DNA of 64,000 bases. Source: the human T2T-CHM13v2.0 reference genome, Homo sapiens. Position 1 is the stretch's first letter; every line of letters begins with the position of its first letter. Below, piece after piece: positions 57,793-64,000 of the stretch. The position numbers and the translations under genes are program-made. Under the pieces are notes generated by a model. It was not told where the DNA came from. It made no database searches and saw only the letters and a list, made by a program, of their open reading frames with translations. Where the stretch lies: NCBI RefSeq assembly GCF_009914755.1, contig NC_060942.1. One strand, 5' to 3'.

Positions 57793-58632
57793 CCAACCCG
57801 CCCCCACCAATTGTGTGTCTCCCTCCCTATCCCTTGGTCTCCCTCCCTATTCCTTCTTATTCTTTCTTTGGCATCATTTACCTACATTAATTGAATAATT
57901 ACCTAAGATTTTCCATTTCACTTTCTTAGTGAAGTCTTATAATCAGTTTCATAAGGAGATTTTGCATTAATCTTAGATGTATAAATTTGACCCAATATAC
58001 TTATCTAGTAAGGATATAAGTAAGATAGATAAGTATAAGATACTTATATCTTTATATTGTATAAAATACTTATAAAGATATAAGTATTTATCTTATATTT
58101 ATCTATAAATTCAGTAATTTAGAAAATAGATATGTAGATTATGCTGGTTCTTCTCTTAATTTTTTTTTGCACATAGAATCCCATGCTCAAAATCACTTGA
58201 CTTCAGAGTTTGTAAGATATGGGTCCATTATCTTTTCTTATGTACCATTGCTGTGGGGAAGTACAATGTCTGCATCAATCCTGTTCCTTTACATAACAGA
58301 TGGGGAAGCTTTTGAATTTTATTTTTATTGCTGGAAACTTGAAATTTCACCAACTTTATCTTTTTAAAAAATTCATCCTGGTCAGTACTAAGCGAGCCCT
58401 TGCAATCTGAGAACTAGTTCATTTTTCAGGTTCTACATATTTTCTTGTAGCATTTAAAACAAGTATTTGTTTGTTCACTTTATTTTCTCAATTATCTCCT
58501 TCTGAAACTCCTGTTAGATGATTGTTGCACTGTTTGGATTGAACCTCTGTGTCTCTTAAATGTTCTTATATTTTCCAAGCTTATTTTGGCCATGGCTGTT
58601 TTAACATTTATGCCTTCATTCTTTAAAAATTT

Positions 58633-58948
58633 GGCCAGGCATGATGGCTGACACCTGTAATCCCAGCACTTTGGGAGGTCAAGGCAAGAGGATGGCTTGA
58701 ACTCAGGAGTTTGAGACCAGCCTGGGCAGCATAGCGAGACCATGTCTCTACAAAAAAAATTTTTTTAAATTAGCCAGTTGCGGTGGCACGTACCTGCTGT
58801 CCCATGCCTGTTGTTTCAGCTACTCAGGAGGCTGAGGTGGAAGAGTCACTTGAGCCTGGCAGGTCAAGGCTGCAGTGAGCCATGACTGGGCCACTTAACT
58901 CCAGCCTGGAAGACAGAATGATAGATCCTGTCTCAAAAAGAAAAAAAA
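58633..58948 (+). mobile_element. AluJ
   Basis: J diagnostics; small internal duplication near 58793-58815. Confidence 0.9.
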
Positions 58949-59389
58949 TTTAATGGTCATATTGCTAATTTACTGAAGTCCCTCCCCTTGCCCTGACTTC
59001 CCTGTCATTATAGCTAGCATCTGTTGTTGTTTCTTGACTGCAGTAGCCTCTCAGCACTCTGAAGGTAATAACTAAATTAAACCTTAAATTTCAAGTTCTC
59101 TTCTTTTCCTTGAATTTTCTGCTCCCTTCAGAGTCATGTGTTTATTTTAGCATCGTTGTTTTTCTCTTCCATTGTCGTTGCTCTGTTGACTTTGATCCTT
59201 GGGTGTTGATTTATGTTAATTAAGAAATGACTAGATTGACAGATTGATTAGTATGGTAATGGGAGTTGTATGGTCCTCTTTTCTCCCAGAACTCTCCTGT
59301 GAATAGGAGTCTGGGCCTTTTTGAATGGTGAAGTGTGTTTACTGTCATCCTCCACTTAAGACACATACATACGGGATTATGACACCTCT

Positions 59390-59465
59390 GAATCAAAATA
59401 TCCCATATACCCCATAAATATATATACCTACCATGTACCCACAAAAATTAGAAATTAAAAAATAA
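59390..59465 (+). mobile_element. L1MA 3' tip
   Basis: atcaaaatatcccatataccccataaatatatatacctaccatgtacccacaaaaatt. Confidence 0.8.
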
Positions 59466-61653
59466 CATTTGACATGTGCCCATTTTATGTTTGTATGAGT
59501 CATATTTTTAAGTTTAAAAATTCCATGTTGATAATATAAAAATTAAAAAAATGTAAAATATTTTTTAAAAGACATGTACATATGGTATCAATGCCAAAGT
59601 CATGGGAGTCCTGAAGAACTGTAATTTATTTCCTTTTCAAGCAAACTGAACTTCTCTTTTTATACACTATTCCACAAAGAATAGTGTCTATTAATGTGCC
59701 TGGCATTTAGTAGGCGCTCAGCATGGGTTGATAAATTGCTATATTTCCTTTTAGAAGGCTCCAAGTGAAATGCAATTCAGCCTTCTGCCTACAACACCCT
59801 CACTGGGACAGCCGCCACTGCCACCGAGGCAGGTGTCACTCATCACCGAGAGTTAACTACTGCCGCTCTTCAGTGTCTGGAAGGGAAGGGTCTGCCTGGC
59901 CTCTTTGTTCTGAAAAATATTTTCCAGTTACTTTGGTTCTTCTGAGTGGGGTGCCTCCCTGATCCTTTTATTTTGGTTCTGGAAATGGGCTTTTTCTGGA
60001 TCAGCCTTTACTTTCTACGCATTTTTCTCTTGTGCCTTTTTACAGGCTGAGGTTTTCCTCTACCCCTATCAAACCATTCCTGCCTGATTTTTATCTGCCA
60101 GGAACTTCCAACAATTTCTGTTCTGTTAATGGAAATGTTCAGTGGTCTTTAGAACTGCACGTTTAAAAAGACATCTCTTTTGACACTTGGAGTAATTTGC
60201 AGGGACAGGAGAAGGTAGCCTGTGCATTTTGCTATCTTGATTGAATTTTCTTGTGCTGATTTTTCAGTAGTACTTATTCCTTTCAGAAAATAAATGTGTT
60301 TTTTCTTACAATGAAAGTAATACATAATTGTTATTGGAAACTTAGAAAATATGGACAGGCAAGGTGAAGAATGACAATTTCTATGGGTTCAAAGAAATGT
60401 TATGATTTCACTAAATATCTAATACATTTAGTTTTTCAATGGAGTTTTTATAATAAAGGAATAGACATTTAACCTTTGTTTTAGTTGTATATTAAATCAA
60501 AAATGTTAAATCAGTCTCCGGATACATCACGCATGGTTTACAGTCCTGTTCAGCGTGAGCAGAATTCCAGTACCCAAATACATTTTCCAACATTCATAAG
60601 ATCTGAATTAAATGTTCCTTTCAGTGACACATTTAACTGGGCAAAATAGTCGATTTAATTTATCTCCAGCTTCATAATTGATAAGCAACTAGCTAAAAGT
60701 GGAATTGATGTACAACTGACTATATAAATATATAGTATGCTGTAAAAATGATTATATAACATATATATACATTTGGCTGCACATAACAGAAAACACAAGA
60801 AATAATGTGTTATACAAATATGAGTTTGTTTTTCTCTCTGAAGAAGACGATGTAGGTGGTGTTATTCCCTACCATGAATCCAGTTTCTTTTTGTCTTTCT
60901 TTTTGGCTTTCATAAAAACAATCAGGACACTTAAGGAAGACAACAGACTGGATTTGGGGTGCACAGTTGATAGTGTCTTCCACAGAGAATAGTGTCTATT
61001 AATGTGCCTGGCATTTAGTAGGTGCTCAGTATGGGTTGATAAATTGCTAAATGCAATGACGAGTGCATAGGTAATCATAGCTATGGTTATCTCCACAAAT
61101 CTGTATGAATGTACACATATTATACATAACAAGTGATTTATTGCACAATTAAATTTCGGAAACATAAATAAAATGCACTTTCATTTTTTTCAATAGCCAG
61201 ATGATTTTTTGTATCCCAACTCCTCTTTTGGATGTGACTCTGGATAAAGAGGAGGTATTATCAATTCCCTGTAGAAACGGTCAACTGGTAAGTTAAGGCA
61301 AGGGAAACTGAGTGTAAGGAGGTTAGAAAAAAAAATTATTTCAAGACAGTTAGAAAAACTAATGAAAAAATGCCCACTTATATGGAAACAGTGAAGAAAA
61401 AAGGAGACTCTTAAACTCAGGAATAAATAAATAGTTAAATTCACAAATAATTATATGCCCTACCTTTAATAACAAAAATAACAACACCCACGGCAATAGC
61501 TGCAGCCAGAAGTCAAAGTGTGGGGGAAGATGTCAGATCAATTTTGTTCTCTTGGATGAGCTTATAATGGAAAATCTTGAGCTACCCTCCATGTATCCTT
61601 TAGTATTAATTTAATTCCCACCATAAGAAATATTTTGACATTTCAGTTATTTT

Positions 61654-61926
61654 CTTTTCATTTTGAGACTGGGTCTTGCTGTCACCCAGGCTGCAGTGCA
61701 GTTGCACAGTCGTAGCTCGCTGTAACCTGGAACTCCTGGGCTCAATCAGTCCTCCCACCTCAGCCACCCTGGTAGCTGGGACTACAACTGCACATTGCCA
61801 TGCCCAGCTAATTTTTAAATTTTTTATAGAGATGAGGTCTCATTATGTTGCCCAGGCTGGTCTCAGACTCCTAGCCTCTTCCTTCCTAAAGTGCTGGGAT
61901 TACAGACATGAGCCACCATGCCCAGA
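61654..61926 (-). mobile_element. AluJ
   Basis: TSD TCAGTTATTTT at 61643-61653 and 61927-61937. Confidence 0.9.
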
Positions 61927-61952
61927 TCAGTTATTTTATAAAGGTAAATATC

Positions 61953-62369
61953 TTTCTTTGTTGGAATTAGAATTGCATTTTTTTCTTCAGCTTTTATTTT
62001 AAGTTCTGGGGTACATGTGCAGGATGTGCAGGTTTGTTACCTAGGTAAACATGTGCCATGGTGTTTTGCTGCACAGATCAACCCATCACATTGGTATTAA
62101 GCTCTGCATCCATTAGCTGTTCTTACTGATGCTCTCCCTCCCCCGATCCTGGACAGGCCCCACTGTGTGCTGTTTCCCACCATATGTCCATAATGTGTTC
62201 TCATCATTCAGCTCCCACTTATAAGTGAGAACATGCAGTGTTTGGTTTTCTGTTCCTGTGTTAGTTTGCTGAGGATGATGGCTTCCAGCTCCATCCATGT
62301 CCCTGCAAAGGACATGACCTCATTCCTTTTTATGGCTGCATAGTATTCCATGGTATATATGTACCACTC
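61953..62369 (-). mobile_element. 5'-truncated L1PA (about PA8-PA11) 3' end
   Basis: ttttattttaagttctggggtacatgtgcaggatgtgcagg; TSD TAAA(G/T)GTAAATATC at 61939-61952 and 62370-62383. Confidence 0.9.
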
Positions 62370-63394
62370 TAAATGTAAATATCATGGGAAGCAGCACTAT
62401 GTCATCTTAAATGTGTAGTGATAAGTGGGAAAAAGTACACTATCTAGCACAGGAAGTGAACACATTACATCAGAGCCCATCTTGTCCATTTTAGTACAGA
62501 GTTTCAAAGAATGCTAATCTGAGTTCATGACTGCCAATGAATCTGTCTCAGTAGAAGGCTTTATTTCTATGAGATGAATCCCATGCATGATCTATACCAT
62601 GTGTCATGAAGCTTGGGTCCACCTTTTGAAATGGTGCATCGTGAATAGGAGCGATAGAAGGACGGGGGTTTGCTGACACCTGCCTCCACCTGGATTCATG
62701 GTGGCAGACCATTTACAGTGAGAAACTTTCCTCTGTTATACTTCAGTATGTTTCCTTCTCTTTAACTTTAGTTTTTTTCCTTCCTGTTAAGGGAAGAAGG
62801 ATTCTTTGCTGTTCCAAGAATAATTCCTTTTCCCACCCTTGATGTGATGAAGATGGCGATGATGATGATGATGGTGTTTTGTTTCTGTACAGTTTCTTTT
62901 TATGTTACATAGATTTCATGTGGGGCACTCTATCTGGAAGCAGGTTCTTGGTCTCTCCTAAGAGTCTGCTGAGTGGTTTGGATGTGGCCAGTTTGTGTTC
63001 TGGCCGCTCTTCTGTTGCCTGAAGGTAGACCGAGGTCTGGACGTGGAGTGTAGTCAGTGGGTGCTGTGAGCAATCCTGTTTTGCAGATTTTGTCTCTATT
63101 TTTTTTTCTAATTCAATCCTTTTTCTAATTTTATTATATTTTTCCGAAGTGTGCTAACACCTTCCAGTCATACCTTCCTTCCCACCAGGACACTTGGCCC
63201 GAGGTGTTTGCCCCTCTCTGCTGTCCCCATTCCCCTTACTGCAGCCAGCGTCTCACCCCTCAGCCAGAAGAGGGCAAGTCAGAGCAGACACTGAAGCCTT
63301 TCCAAAAAATGGGTTTCTGTGAGCCTTATGTCCCACCTGGCTCTGCCTTCTATTTTGGTTGTCTTCTCTTTACCCCGTTGGTGAGGGAAAGCTC

Positions 63395-63810
63395 TCCACC
63401 CTTGGATTATGAGAGTGGCTGAACACACAGCACCCAACACTGGTCACATGAAATCGACAGCAGTTTATTAGTCACGTTTCCTCACAGCTTGGGAGAGGAG
63501 GACACCGCATGCCACACAGGGCCACATGTAGGCTGCTCTTGGGAACAGGGTGAGCAAGTGGGGTCTGCAGGCTTTGTAGCATCAAGAGGGAAGGCTGTTC
63601 CCTGGCTCCCACAGGAGGAGGTGATTGGCTTTTGAGTGATTCCATAGGCTGGCAGGGAACTGAAATACTACTCAGAGATACACAAGAACTGTCCTCTGGA
63701 TAAGGAGGGTTGTTTGGCTGGGGGACCTTCTCTGCAGGAGTACGGCAGGGAGAACCTGCTATTAGGCCACCTGATTTCACCAGATTTCCAGGCAGCTTAT
63801 CTTATGGAGC
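63395..63810 (-). mobile_element. Old ERVL-type LTR (MER73/74-like)
   Basis: agcagtttattagtcac...gggagaggaggacaccgcatgccacacagggccacatg; family uncertain. Confidence 0.5.
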
Positions 63811-64000
63811 CCTAATTTCAATCTCACACCATACGCACACCCCCACCCCTAACAAGGGACTCTCATTATTCTGGGCTTATTTTATTTATTTTCTCTTGTA
63901 CCTTTTTATCCTTACGTTCCATATTTTGCCTTCTTCCAAACTAGAGGAAAAATATATGGTGAGTTTTCACAGAACTTCTTCTCTCTCAGTATATTAGAGA

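Noticed and set aside
57581-57898. ER-rich and SL-rich ORFs
   Set aside because: Translations of the (CT)n tract.

Overview
Human (hominid) genomic DNA, AT-rich and dense in repeats. It lies inside the RhoGAP gene ARHGAP28 (+ strand; identified from recalled protein sequence). Two coding exons are present, 41228-41430 and 53761-53978, and they splice in frame (…KSIPRCRRINRMLSNES…VTPVD|EGELEAEWLQDVG…FGVSESP). Everything else is intron filled with Alus, L1s of several ages, L2/MIR, LTRs and DNA transposons. Almost all other ORFs in the track are repeat-derived noise. I see no evidence of a new multi-gene system. The notable structure is a set of L1-driven insertions that carry non-element cargo between target-site duplications (TSDs): a full-length SVA with a ~195 bp 3' transduction, an L1PA with a ~175 bp 3' transduction, and a polyadenylated Alu-plus-unique-sequence retrocopy. 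There is also a ~100 bp L1HS-type insertion, a probable ~1.1 kb 3'-UTR retrocopy in sense orientation downstream of the second exon, and a 72 bp templated duplication. Repeat subfamily calls were made by eye and need RepeatMasker/Dfam confirmation.
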